From Oligoflexia bacterium (lineage in GTDB: Bacteria; Bdellovibrionota; UBA1018; CAIMNF01), in contig CAIKYX010000103.1 in NCBI GenBank assembly GCA_903831745.1, forward strand, positions 2,668 to 66,667: 64,000 bases of DNA. The letters are read 5' to 3'. A model generated the notes under the pieces. The model was not told where the DNA came from and made no database searches. It saw only the letters and a list, made by a program, of their open reading frames with translations. A program made the translations under genes and the position numbers. Position 1 is the first letter of the stretch; each line of letters starts with the position of its first letter. Below, piece after piece: positions 1 through 9,929 of the stretch.

Positions 1-170
1 GATCGATCTCTCGAATTTTCGTCAGCCCCGAAGATTACTCGAAAGTCGCAAACGATGGTCGCACCGAAACCATCTTGTTCGAATAGTTGTGATTTTACCC
101 AATTATAACAAACAGCTACAAGCGCACGCCCACAGATATTTTCGTTGAGGCAGCCCAGACCGCATGATAC

Positions 171-1100
171 ATGCAGGCCATGAAAAACTTAGGTTTCTGG
201 GCTCCTCTGGGGCTTCTCTTTTTTGCGTTGATCATTCAACCGACTGCCTACGCCCAACCCCAAACCACGGACGACGAAATCGCAGCCATCATTGCATCCG
301 AAGAAGGCACGAGCGATCTGAATGAGCGCCTCGACATCGCTACCCGCTCGTTTTTGGGTAGGCCCTATATGGTAAACGGCCCGCTTGGCGAAGGCCCAAC
401 CGGAAAATACGATCAAGGCCCGCTTTACCGCACCGACGGATTCGACTGCACGACCTTTGTCGAAACGACGCTAGCGATGGCACGCTCACACACCCTCGAC
501 GAGTTTAAAAACGAACTCATTCACATCCGATACCGCGATGGAAACATCGACTACACCACCCGCAATCATTTCGTCGAAATCGATTGGAACCCGAATAATA
601 TCCAGACCGGGCAATTTGAAGATGCCACTGCTTCACTCGTTTCATCAGACGACTTAATGGTCTCGACTACCACCATCAGCAAACGCGGCTGGTATCAGGC
701 AAAAACACTTTCGAACCTAAAAGTACCTAGTGCATCTTCCGATTTACTTCAAACCCTGCTGACCCAACTTCAAGCAGAAGGCATGGCGTTTTCGGATGTG
801 TTGTCGAAGCTTCCGTACATTAGGAACGGCAGTGCGCTTTCGATTGCGGATCAACTTCCTGTTCCGGCGGTTTTAAATGTCGTTCGAAATTTCGCAAGCC
901 CGGCTATTTCGGGCAAAGCGCCCATGGTTGCGCATCAGGTTCTACTCATCTCTAAAGACGGAGAGCTAAGAGTCAGACAAGCTACCTCGAGAAGCGCACT
1001 GATGAAAGTAACCGATATGTCTTACGAAGACTTCGTGCAGTCGCTTTCTGACATTTCGGCGAATCGAGGAGTGAACGTACTTAAGATTTTGCCTCGTTAA
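171..1100 (+). CDS. secreted DUF1460-type (N-acetylmuramoyl-L-alanine amidase-like) protein
   Basis: 309-aa ORF with a signal peptide (LGLLFFALIIQPTAYA). The core GPLYRTDGFDCTTFVETTLAMA resembles the DUF1460 amidase-like family as I recall it. An alternative start exists at 180 (MKNLGF). Confidence 0.55.
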   Translation: MQAMKNLGFWAPLGLLFFALIIQPTAYAQPQTTDDEIAAIIASEEGTSDLNERLDIATRSFLGRPYMVNGPLGEGPTGKYDQGPLYRTDGFDCTTFVETTLAMARSHTLDEFKNELIHIRYRDGNIDYTTRNHFVEIDWNPNNIQTGQFEDATASLVSSDDLMVSTTTISKRGWYQAKTLSNLKVPSASSDLLQTLLTQLQAEGMAFSDVLSKLPYIRNGSALSIADQLPVPAVLNVVRNFASPAISGKAPMVAHQVLLISKDGELRVRQATSRSALMKVTDMSYEDFVQSLSDISANRGVNVLKILPR

Positions 1101-2035
1101 GCTTTAGCTGCGTCTTTCAGAGCTGCATAATGAAGCCCTTGCGCATTGACCTCAAGATCGACCCTAAGAATTCGAAAGTCATTTTCTGTCAGACTGATTC
1201 CTTGGTTTTGATAATAGCGTGCAAGCTCTACTCTGAGGAGTTCCGTGATCTGTACTTGCGCTAGGTTCTCGCTTCGAATTCGAGGAAGTAGATCGTTCGA
1301 GAACCGAAGAATCTCAATCAGTGCCGCAGCTGCCGCGGGGATCTGATTTTTTTCAAGAAAATCATAATGGGTTAACGCCACTCGATTTACACCCGAATCT
1401 CGAATCCACTCGACCGTTTCGACCGCCGCAGGACCATCAAAATCAGTCGGACTGGTCGACGGAAGGATGACCGGCATTTTACCTGCAAATTGATGATTGA
1501 TCAGCGGATAGGATACGCCGAATGAGTCTCCCGAGAACAAGGTCTGGGTAGTCGGCTCGATCACGCACAAGTGGTGATTGGCATGTCCACGCGTGTGCTT
1601 GGTCTTGATCATCACCCCTTCGAATGGAAGCATGTCGCCGTCGTTTAACACCACCACCCGAGAAGCATCGCAAGGCAGGATCGTTCCGTACATTTGCTTC
1701 ATGAATGCTTCGCCATAAACTTGGGTCGCACTTGCGACGAGCTTGGCAGGGTCTATGGCATGGCGTGCAGCCCGAGGATGAGCATAAAGCTTGGCATTCG
1801 GAAATTGCCTCAGAAACTCGCCAGCACCTCCCGCATGATCGAGATGAACATGGGTAATGATCAAGCCGAGCACATCTTCCGGCATTAGCCCGGCCGCGAG
1901 CACTGCTGCCTTCAGATACGGAATGGCGTAATTCGTATTGCACTCGACGAACATCGCCTTGCCTTGATGATGAAGCAGATAACTTGCCGCAAATTCGTGG
2001 GCGACATAATTGCAATCTACTGTAACTATCTTCAT
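1097..2035 (-). CDS. MBL-fold metallo-hydrolase
   Basis: 312-aa ORF with the HxHxDH motif (ITHVHLDHAGG) and later His/Asp ligands. Its 3-prime end overlaps the previous CDS by 4 nt, convergently. Confidence 0.8.
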   Translation of the reverse strand: MKIVTVDCNYVAHEFAASYLLHHQGKAMFVECNTNYAIPYLKAAVLAAGLMPEDVLGLIITHVHLDHAGGAGEFLRQFPNAKLYAHPRAARHAIDPAKLVASATQVYGEAFMKQMYGTILPCDASRVVVLNDGDMLPFEGVMIKTKHTRGHANHHLCVIEPTTQTLFSGDSFGVSYPLINHQFAGKMPVILPSTSPTDFDGPAAVETVEWIRDSGVNRVALTHYDFLEKNQIPAAAAALIEILRFSNDLLPRIRSENLAQVQITELLRVELARYYQNQGISLTENDFRILRVDLEVNAQGLHYAALKDAAKA

Positions 2036-2050
2036 AATGGTGTTTATAGC

Positions 2051-2857
2051 ATGAAAATGAAGATTCTGACTTGGAATATCAGTTACGCCTACGGCTTGGG
2101 TTCAGAGGGTATCGGCTATCATCAGCAGGATTTAGCCCACTTTGAAGACTCGCTCAACTCGATGAGTGAACTCATCCGAAGCCAGAATTGCGATGTAGTC
2201 CTGCTTCAAGAAGTCGATTTCGATTCGAAGCGCTCGCACCATCAGAACCAACTCGATTTTCTGGCGCGAAAAACCGGCCTGAGTTATCGAAATGAAGTCA
2301 TTTCATGGAACCGCCCCTATGTACCCTACCCCGGACTGAATCCGGCAAACCATTTTGGCAAAGTCGTTTCGGGCGGAGGCATACTTTCGCGTTTTCCGAT
2401 CACACCGGTGATGCAAGACTTACTACCCAAGCCCAAAGAGAATCTCGCGCTTTATAATTATTTCTATCTGAATCGTTATCTTCAAATGGCCGCCATTCAA
2501 TGGGATGAAAACAACCCCGAGAACAAACTCACCGTGATGAACCTGCACCTCGAAGCCTTCTCGAAAGAAAACCGCGAGCTTCATTTGGTGAAGATGCAGG
2601 ATCGCTTAAAGGATTATCAGATTGATCTCGCAGGCGGTGATTTTAACGGCGATGTTCAACTTTCGAACGAAATTGCCTCGAGTTTTTTGGCAGTGCCCGG
2701 TGCGGGCCCCACTTTTCCGTGCGACGGCCCGAAAGATGTTCTCGATCATTTCGTCGTCAATCGAAGTCGAATTCAAGACGCGAAAGTAACAACGCTGAAC
2801 ACCGGATCAGTATCAGATCATTTTCCGGTGCTTTTGGAATTTTCGCTTAAGCCATGA
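2051..2857 (+). CDS. endonuclease/exonuclease/phosphatase (EEP) family protein
   Basis: Motifs MKILTWNISY, VVLLQEVD and C-terminal SDHFPVLLEF are typical of the EEP fold. I moved the start from 1964 to ATG 2051 because the upstream part overlaps the divergent MBL gene. Confidence 0.75.
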   Translation: MKMKILTWNISYAYGLGSEGIGYHQQDLAHFEDSLNSMSELIRSQNCDVVLLQEVDFDSKRSHHQNQLDFLARKTGLSYRNEVISWNRPYVPYPGLNPANHFGKVVSGGGILSRFPITPVMQDLLPKPKENLALYNYFYLNRYLQMAAIQWDENNPENKLTVMNLHLEAFSKENRELHLVKMQDRLKDYQIDLAGGDFNGDVQLSNEIASSFLAVPGAGPTFPCDGPKDVLDHFVVNRSRIQDAKVTTLNTGSVSDHFPVLLEFSLKP

Positions 2858-3918
2858 GCGCGGTCGATCTCGCCTAGGGTATAACTCGATACGCTCTTCA
2901 TTTGTGCGCAAGTCAGTTCTTTTAGCACTTTCAGAGATGCGACTTCGATTTCTGGAATTTCATCGAGGTTCGCATGTGCAAAGGAGTAATAATCGATCGA
3001 CCCCTTGTCGTTCGGAAGATCCATCTCCGGATCCTTCATTTCGTTTCCGAAGAGGGCATACAGGGTTTTACCCACTCCAGGCGCGACCTTTCGAGTCTCA
3101 TGCACCAGATCGAGCACCTTTACGATCGTACGAGGCTCGTTAACAGCAAAGCATTGCCCGAAATCATCCTGTGCCGCCGTCTTCACAAACTCGAGTGCCA
3201 GCCCCTCGAATGCGTAATGGTAATTCGAAATAATTTGGGTGGTTCTCGCTACAAAATGAGAAAAGAGCTCTTTGAAGGGTAGCATTCGGCGCTCGGGCAC
3301 CTGAGTGACATGAAAAGGCTGATGCAGATCCTGCACATAATGAAGCATCCAGAAAAGGGTTCGGTATCCCCAGAACAAGTTTCCTTCGGAAAAAAATCGA
3401 TCCGAACGCGCTCGTAGACTTAAGATACGCTCTTCGGCCTGACCAATCGAGTGAAGCGGCAATTGAAAAGTTTGAATCGGAGACCACCACTCGATTCCCG
3501 GAAACAGCATATGCCTAAAACCCTGAGAAGTAGGTCCGGTCGCTCCGCCCATCCACTTGCGCTCATCGCTCGCATCATATTCTGAAGGCAAATCCTGATC
3601 CATGCCGAAATCAGGCTCGTCGATCATGGCGCTCGTCAAAAGTGCTTCGACCGTAACGGTTTCGCTATTCTCTAAAAATACCGGCACCTTTGCGCCATTG
3701 ATTTTTAGCTCGCGTGAAAGTAGCTCGAGCGTTTCGCGCTCGGACTTACCGCCAGGAGTTTTGATTTTTTGATGAAGATACGGGCGCGAATCCGTGTTGC
3801 TTGCGCTATCCATGATCGCCTCGTTGATGAACTGGTGTTGATCCCAAGCCTGGGCATGGGTTGCGATCAGCAAGGCAAGGGTCGGGACTACCTTTGGCAA
3901 TCCCGACCATTGAATCAT
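2818..3918 (-). CDS. secreted zinc-dependent phospholipase C / S1-P1 nuclease superfamily protein
   Basis: Signal peptide LALLIATHAQA, then a mature N-terminus WDQHQF (Trp1 plus His, as in PLC/P1 nucleases). The motif LHYVQDLHQPFH matches HYxxDxxQPxH of the zinc-PLC family. The start ATG at 3918 overlaps the gdh stop (ATGA). Confidence 0.55.
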   Translation of the reverse strand: MIQWSGLPKVVPTLALLIATHAQAWDQHQFINEAIMDSASNTDSRPYLHQKIKTPGGKSERETLELLSRELKINGAKVPVFLENSETVTVEALLTSAMIDEPDFGMDQDLPSEYDASDERKWMGGATGPTSQGFRHMLFPGIEWWSPIQTFQLPLHSIGQAEERILSLRARSDRFFSEGNLFWGYRTLFWMLHYVQDLHQPFHVTQVPERRMLPFKELFSHFVARTTQIISNYHYAFEGLALEFVKTAAQDDFGQCFAVNEPRTIVKVLDLVHETRKVAPGVGKTLYALFGNEMKDPEMDLPNDKGSIDYYSFAHANLDEIPEIEVASLKVLKELTCAQMKSVSSYTLGEIDRAHGLSENSKSTGK

Positions 3919-5207
3919 GGAAACAGTCCGCGGAGGAGCATCGCTTGGCTGAGACGCTCGACTGAAGTAATCAGAGCAGCCGTTTTCATTCCGCATTTGA
4001 ATTTATCGGAGTTGCCCGCAACGCGATTGAACGCCTTAAGCATCACTTCTGCGAGTTTTTCATTCACTTCTTTTTCGCTCCAGAAAAAGTTCTGAAGACC
4101 TTGAACCCACTCGAAATAAGAAACGATCACGCCGCCCGCATTCGCGAGAATGTCAGGAATAATGAACACGCCCTGAGACTCGAGGTACTGCTGGGCTTCT
4201 GAGGTCATTGGTCCGTTGGCGCCTTCAGAAATAATCTTGGCTTTGATCGACTTCATGTTCTTGTTGGTGATTACGCCGTCGATGGCAGCTGGAACCAGAA
4301 TGTCGACCGGAAGCGCGAACAATTGCTCATTCGAAATACGATCGGCTTTCGGGTACTTCTCGAGGGATCCGAATTTTTGCATGTGATCCATGACATCCGG
4401 AATATCGAGACCGTCTTTATTGTAAATTCCGCCGTAGAAGTCACTGACTGCGAGAACCTTGCAACCACGGAGATGAAGCTCGTTTGCAGCCACATTACCC
4501 ACTTTACCGAAACCGTGAACGGCAGCAGTGCATTTATTCAAAGCAAGTTTGCCTGGGCCTTTTTTATTTAGCATTTCGATCGCGTGTTCGATCACGTAAA
4601 CCACACCACGGCCGGTAGACTCGGGACGACCCAAGCTTCCGCCAATATCCATTGGCTTACCAGTAACCACACCTGGAACCGCATGGCCGACTGAAGTCGA
4701 ATACGTATCCATCATCCACGCCATGTGTTGACTGTCAGTTCCGACGTCTGGTGCAGGAATATCTTTATCCGGACCGATCATGCCGATGATTTCCATCGTG
4801 TAACGACGAATCAATGCTTGATGCTCGGGACGAGAAAGCTGGGATGGATCGACGCGAATTCCACCTTTGGCTCCGCCGAGTGGCAGACCCACGAGTGAAC
4901 ACTTCATCGTCATCAGCATCGCGAGTGCTGATACTTCAGAAAGGGTAACTTCAGGATGGAAACGAATTCCGCCTTTACCGGGCCCGAGGGTAATGCTGTG
5001 ATGAACGCGATAACCTTCGAAAACTTTTACCGATCCGTCGTCCATTCGCACTGGAATACTGCAACAAAACGCGCGCTTTGGTGATTTCAAGCGCTCGAGC
5101 ACGTTGTGATCAAGACCCATGGTTTTTGCTGCCATCTCGAGATCCATTACTGCGTTTTGAAAAAGTGGACTTGTATCCCAAAGTCCTGAATTTAAGCTGA
5201 GACTCAT
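3915..5207 (-). CDS. gdh: NAD(P)-specific glutamate dehydrogenase (Glu/Leu/Phe/Val dehydrogenase family)
   Basis: 430 aa. Catalytic region LGGAKGGIRVDP and dinucleotide fold AVHGFGKVGN. Confidence 0.9.
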   Translation of the reverse strand: MSLSLNSGLWDTSPLFQNAVMDLEMAAKTMGLDHNVLERLKSPKRAFCCSIPVRMDDGSVKVFEGYRVHHSITLGPGKGGIRFHPEVTLSEVSALAMLMTMKCSLVGLPLGGAKGGIRVDPSQLSRPEHQALIRRYTMEIIGMIGPDKDIPAPDVGTDSQHMAWMMDTYSTSVGHAVPGVVTGKPMDIGGSLGRPESTGRGVVYVIEHAIEMLNKKGPGKLALNKCTAAVHGFGKVGNVAANELHLRGCKVLAVSDFYGGIYNKDGLDIPDVMDHMQKFGSLEKYPKADRISNEQLFALPVDILVPAAIDGVITNKNMKSIKAKIISEGANGPMTSEAQQYLESQGVFIIPDILANAGGVIVSYFEWVQGLQNFFWSEKEVNEKLAEVMLKAFNRVAGNSDKFKCGMKTAALITSVERLSQAMLLRGLFP

Positions 5208-5294
5208 CGCTGTATCTCCTGTTTTAGTTTACTTTTGCGCGACCCATTAGATTTTATTTTCAGTCAGCGTACCAGAAGTGCTACGATTTTTCTA

Positions 5295-6452
5295 ATGGTG
5301 AATCAAAGACTCAGAGTGGGCATCATCTATGGGGGCCAAAGTAGCGAGCATGAAGTGTCCCTTCGCTCGGCCGCCAGCGTTTTTAAGCGACTTGACCGCA
5401 CTAAATTCGAGCCTAAGACCATATATATAGACAAAACCGGAAAATGGCATTGGGCCGACACCCCTGAAAGTTTTACACAGAACTCGGCAGAATCACTTCC
5501 GATCGCCACGAATAGTCCCGAAGTCGTTCTTTTGCCCTGCCCGAACCAAAGTTCGGACGGCCGCCCGACAGCCAAGTTCGTTTATCAGAATGCCGAGAAT
5601 TTCGGAAAGCAAGAGTTGGTGGACGTCATTATCCCTATGGTTCACGGAACCAACTGTGAAGATGGAACGTTGCAAGGATTACTCGAAAGCACTCGCGTTC
5701 CATATACCGGCAGTGGAGTGCTTGGTTCGGCCATTGGCATGGACAAGGAAGTGGCCAAGCGACTGGCAGAACACGCAAAACTTCCGGTAGTTCCGTATCG
5801 GGTCGCTCGAAGCTGGATGACCGATGAACAATTGAATGCCCTGATGCAAGATGCCGAGCGCACGTTTGGTTTTCCGATGTTTGTTAAAGCCGCGCGAGAA
5901 GGCTCATCGGTTGGAGTTTACAAAGTCAAAACCCGCGAAGCATTTTTACCTGCCATCCATCAGGCCTTTACTTATGACAACAAGGTTCTGATCGAGAAAG
6001 CCATCTCTGCGCGCGAGATCGAATTCTCGGTTTTACAAAACTCCGATCACTCAAAAAGACCACTCGTCAGCAAGCCCGCCGAAATCATTCCGACAGGCGA
6101 GTTCTACACTTACGATGCCAAGTACAATGACGAGAACGGAGCCATCTTTAAAATTCCTGCAGAAATTAGCCCCGAACTGACTGCAAAGATGACGCAACTC
6201 GCGCAAGAAATTTTTATCGTGCTCGAAATTGAAGGTTATGCCCGTGTCGATTTATTCCTGGATTCGAATTCGGATCCTAAAAATCCTGCATTTTACCTAA
6301 ATGAAGTAAATACGCTTCCGGGATTTACCAGTATCAGTATGTTTCCTAAACTCTGGGAAGTCAGTGGTATCCCCTACACCGACCTCTTGACGAATTTAAT
6401 CTCACTTGCCATAGGCAATAAGTCCGACCCAAAGTCGACAACTAAAGGATAA
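5295..6452 (+). CDS. ddl: D-alanine--D-alanine ligase
   Basis: Motifs RVGIIYGGQSSEHEVSLRSA, ATP-grasp core and EVNTLPGFTSISMFPKLW. Start set at ATG 5295 (MVNQRLRVGII). Confidence 0.9.
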   Translation: MVNQRLRVGIIYGGQSSEHEVSLRSAASVFKRLDRTKFEPKTIYIDKTGKWHWADTPESFTQNSAESLPIATNSPEVVLLPCPNQSSDGRPTAKFVYQNAENFGKQELVDVIIPMVHGTNCEDGTLQGLLESTRVPYTGSGVLGSAIGMDKEVAKRLAEHAKLPVVPYRVARSWMTDEQLNALMQDAERTFGFPMFVKAAREGSSVGVYKVKTREAFLPAIHQAFTYDNKVLIEKAISAREIEFSVLQNSDHSKRPLVSKPAEIIPTGEFYTYDAKYNDENGAIFKIPAEISPELTAKMTQLAQEIFIVLEIEGYARVDLFLDSNSDPKNPAFYLNEVNTLPGFTSISMFPKLWEVSGIPYTDLLTNLISLAIGNKSDPKSTTKG

Positions 6453-6460
6453 AAAGAACC

Positions 6461-9169
6461 GTGGCTAAAGAAATTAACGCACTCGTAATTGTGGAGTCTC
6501 CGACCAAGGCAAAGACCATTCGAAAGTTTTTGCCAAAAGGATATGTCGTTGAAGCCAGCATGGGCCATATTCGTGACCTTCCGCAGTCTGCAACCGATAT
6601 TCCTGAAAAGCTGAAAAAGGAAGAATGGACCAAAATCGGAGTCAACGTCGACCAGAATTTTGAACCCCTCTACGTCGTGCCCAAAGGAAAATTCAAGGTC
6701 ATCCAGGACCTGAAGAAAAAACTAGCCAATGCCGACGTACTCTATCTCGCAACCGATGAAGACCGCGAAGGAGAAAGTATTTCGTGGCATTTGCTTGAGG
6801 TCTTAAAACCAAAAGTACCGGTTCATCGCATGGTGTTTCATGAAATTACCAAAAGTGCGATCAACAAGGCGTTGACCGACACCCGTGATGTCGACATGCG
6901 ATTGGTTCGCGCGCAAGAAACCCGCAGAATTCTCGATCGACTCGTGGGCTACACCGTTTCTCCGTTAATTTGGAAGAAAATCGCGTACGGCTTGTCGGCC
7001 GGACGAGTCCAATCCGCAGGCCTTCGCCTGATCGTCAATCGCGAGCGCGAGCGAATCAAATTTAAAAGTGCCACCTATTGGGATCTCGAAGCAGAGTTGA
7101 ATAAGGGTGGCTCGGGCGGAAACTTTAACGCGAAATCACTTTCCTGGAATGGCAAACGCATCGCCACCACCAAGGACTTCGATGAGTCGACCGGAAAACT
7201 TCTGACCGCAAAAGAAGGCGAAATCCTGCTTCTCGACGAAGCGAATGCCAATAATTTGCTCAAGACCCTGAAGACCGGAAAATACACGGTTCAATCGGTA
7301 GAAGAAAAGCAAACGACCCAACGCCCGTCGATTCCGTTCATTACATCGACGATCCAACAGGAATCGAATCGAAAGCTCGGAATGTCGGCCCGCGATACCA
7401 TGCGAACCGCACAAAGCTTGTACGAGCAAGGGTTCATTACCTACATGCGTACGGATTCACCGAATCTTTCGCAGGAAGCAATCGCCGGCGCGCGAAATGC
7501 AGTCGAAGGCCTTTTCGGAAAAGAATACCTTTCGCCAGAGCCCCGCCAATTTACTTCAAAAAACAAAGGCGCCCAGGAAGCCCACGAAGCGATTCGTCCG
7601 GCGGGTGCCGAGTTTCAACATCCAAAACAAACCGGGCTTACGGGTCGCGAACTTTCGCTTTATGAATTGATCTGGATGCGCACGGTTGCCTGTCAGATGG
7701 CCGACGCCCAGAAACTTTCGGTGAGCGTTCGAATCGAAGCCGTGAATGGCGGCGACTCGCTCGTTTTCGGCGCCAATGGCTCGCGTATTTTATTTCCGGG
7801 ATTTCTACGTGCGTATGTCGAAGGAAGTGACGATCCGGAAGCGGCGCTCGAGGACCGGGAAGTGCTTTTGCCCGAGTTAAAAAAGGGCGATTCGGTTTCA
7901 TTGGTTTCAATGAACGCACTCACTCACACCACTAAGCCACCAGCGCGCTTTACAGAAGCCTCGATCGTTCAGCAACTCGAGAAAGAAGGCATCGGCCGAC
8001 CATCGACTTATGCGTCGATCATCGATACGATTCAGGACCGCGGCTATGTTCGCAAACTCGGAAACGCCCTGGTTCCTACCTTTACCGGTATTGCGGTCAT
8101 TCAATTACTCGAACGTAATTTCGAGAACCTGGTCGATTATAAATTTACCTCGGCCATGGAAAGTTCACTCGATGACATTGCCGAAGGAAAAACTGAATAT
8201 TTGCCTTATTTAAAGCAATTTTATTCAGGTAAGACCGGACTGGCCGAGCAAGTAAAGAACCAAGAAAAGAAGATTGATCCGACTGAATCGAGAACCGTGC
8301 ACTTAGAGCACATCAATACCGTCGATGTGAAGATCGGACGTTATGGCGCTTATGTCGTCAAAGCAGGCGCCAAGGACAAAGAAGAAATTCATGCGACCAT
8401 TCCTGACGATATCGCGCCAGGCGACCTGACCCTACAACAAGTCGAAGATCTATTGATTGCCTCCGAGCGCGGACCACAAAGCTTAGGAAAACATCCGGAC
8501 ACCGGTGAAGACGTGTTTTGCCTTTCGGGTCGTTTCGGACCTTACGTACAGCAGGGTCTCGCGAGCGACGAACGTCCGAAGCCTCGTCGTGCGTCGCTCT
8601 TAAAAGGAATGGACCCAAAGACCATTACGTTTGAAGAAGCGCTTAAACTCTTGAGCCTGCCTCGCGAGCTTGGAATTCATCCCGAAAAACAGAAACCAGT
8701 GGTCACCAACATGGGCCGCTTCGGACCTTACGTGATGTGCGATGGCGATTTTCGTTCGCTGAAAAAAGACGACAATGTGTTTACCGTTACTTTTGATCGC
8801 GCGATGGAATTACTTCGCGAAGAAAAACGCAGTCGCCGGGGAGCACAAGCGCTTCGCGATCTGGGTAAGCTCGACGAGCAAGCGATCGAACTGATGGACG
8901 GAAAATACGGCATGTACCTGAAGTGGGGCAAAGTAAACGCCACCCTGCCCAAGGAAGTCGATCACGAGAAACTGACCCTAGAGCAAGCAATCGAAATCGT
9001 TAAGGCCCGGGCTGAACAAGTGGGTGAAACCGGCGGAAAAGCTGCAAAACCAGCTAAGAAAGCCTCGAAAAAAGCAAAGCCAAAAGACGTGACTGATGAT
9101 AATACTACCGGTGCTGAACCGGCGGCTCCAAAAAAGAAAAAAGCTGCCAAGAAAAAGACCGAAGAATAG
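6461..9169 (+). CDS. topA: DNA topoisomerase I
   Basis: GTG start. Toprim motifs VIVESPTKAKTI and ATDEDREGE, plus the active-site Tyr region GFITYMRTDS. C-terminal repeats are the Cys-less GRFGPY/GKYGMY type, followed by a Lys-rich tail. Confidence 0.95.
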   Translation: MAKEINALVIVESPTKAKTIRKFLPKGYVVEASMGHIRDLPQSATDIPEKLKKEEWTKIGVNVDQNFEPLYVVPKGKFKVIQDLKKKLANADVLYLATDEDREGESISWHLLEVLKPKVPVHRMVFHEITKSAINKALTDTRDVDMRLVRAQETRRILDRLVGYTVSPLIWKKIAYGLSAGRVQSAGLRLIVNRERERIKFKSATYWDLEAELNKGGSGGNFNAKSLSWNGKRIATTKDFDESTGKLLTAKEGEILLLDEANANNLLKTLKTGKYTVQSVEEKQTTQRPSIPFITSTIQQESNRKLGMSARDTMRTAQSLYEQGFITYMRTDSPNLSQEAIAGARNAVEGLFGKEYLSPEPRQFTSKNKGAQEAHEAIRPAGAEFQHPKQTGLTGRELSLYELIWMRTVACQMADAQKLSVSVRIEAVNGGDSLVFGANGSRILFPGFLRAYVEGSDDPEAALEDREVLLPELKKGDSVSLVSMNALTHTTKPPARFTEASIVQQLEKEGIGRPSTYASIIDTIQDRGYVRKLGNALVPTFTGIAVIQLLERNFENLVDYKFTSAMESSLDDIAEGKTEYLPYLKQFYSGKTGLAEQVKNQEKKIDPTESRTVHLEHINTVDVKIGRYGAYVVKAGAKDKEEIHATIPDDIAPGDLTLQQVEDLLIASERGPQSLGKHPDTGEDVFCLSGRFGPYVQQGLASDERPKPRRASLLKGMDPKTITFEEALKLLSLPRELGIHPEKQKPVVTNMGRFGPYVMCDGDFRSLKKDDNVFTVTFDRAMELLREEKRSRRGAQALRDLGKLDEQAIELMDGKYGMYLKWGKVNATLPKEVDHEKLTLEQAIEIVKARAEQVGETGGKAAKPAKKASKKAKPKDVTDDNTTGAEPAAPKKKKAAKKKTEE

Positions 9170-9202
9170 ACATCATCCTGAACTGAAGGAGTAATGAACT
9201 TC

Positions 9203-9802
9203 ATGAAACGACACTGGCTCATCACTGCATTCGCTCCTTTTTTGGGACGTGCCGAAAACAATTCGGGTCTCGTTTTAAATGAGATCAAAACTTTGGTTGC
9301 CGAACTCTCTGGGCCTGAGTGGCCGTTTGAAATCCATTTTTTTACCCTGCCCGTTGAGTACGATCGCTGCTTTACCCTGCTTCAGGATGAACTGGCCCGT
9401 TTGCAAAAGAACGGTATCAAAATCGAAGGCATTCTTTCGATTGGCGAAGGACAAGAAGACTTTAAGATCGAAACCCAAGCGCACAATCTCGATGATGTTC
9501 CGAGCTATCCAGACAATGCAGGCGTTGTCAGAGTCGAAAAAAGAATCATTACCACCAAAGGCGCCCCCGATATTTTCAAGCTGAGATTTCCGTTCGAAGC
9601 ATTCGCAAGAATTCGATCTTCGGTGAACGCCGGTTTCTTTGTGTGCAATCATCTGTGCGCCAGAGCAGCGAACGAGTTTGCGAGCGATCCGAAGAAACCT
9701 TACTTTGGCTTTATTCATGTTCCTAAAAGCGGCGAAGGCGGCATCTTTACGTACGATGTGTGTGCTGCCATGATCGTAAACAGTTTCAAGAAAATAAAAT
9801 AG
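9203..9802 (+). CDS. pcp: pyroglutamyl-peptidase I (peptidase C15)
   Basis: N-terminus MKRHWLITAFAPFLG resembles the C15 start. Catalytic Cys context AGFFVCNHL. AAGGAG lies 11 nt upstream of ATG 9203; the ORF-track start 9194 is only 2 nt from that SD. Confidence 0.7.
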   Translation: MKRHWLITAFAPFLGRAENNSGLVLNEIKTLVAELSGPEWPFEIHFFTLPVEYDRCFTLLQDELARLQKNGIKIEGILSIGEGQEDFKIETQAHNLDDVPSYPDNAGVVRVEKRIITTKGAPDIFKLRFPFEAFARIRSSVNAGFFVCNHLCARAANEFASDPKKPYFGFIHVPKSGEGGIFTYDVCAAMIVNSFKKIK

Positions 9803-9849
9803 ACGCTACAGCACTGCGCAGGAGATTACTTCAACACCCATCATGTGGC

Positions 9850-9880
9850 AAAGGGCAGGTTCCATCGGAACCCACCCTTT
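9850..9880. terminator. hairpin between convergent genes (no U-tract)
   Basis: AAAGGGcaGGTTCC-atc-GGAACCcaCCCTTT forms 6+6 bp arms with a symmetric 2x2 internal loop. It lies between the pcp stop and the DsbA-like gene stop. Confidence 0.3.
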
Positions 9881-9929
9881 CACCCCTGCGACAACACACC
9901 ATGGATCTGATTAACTTGGGGGAATCAGA

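Noticed and set aside
1479-2015. A 178-aa Arg/Cys-rich ORF on the minus strand within the MBL gene, and a similar Arg-rich ORF at 36440-37021 within fadH.
   Set aside because: These are alternative frames of genes with strong motif support. Their composition is typical of out-of-frame readings.
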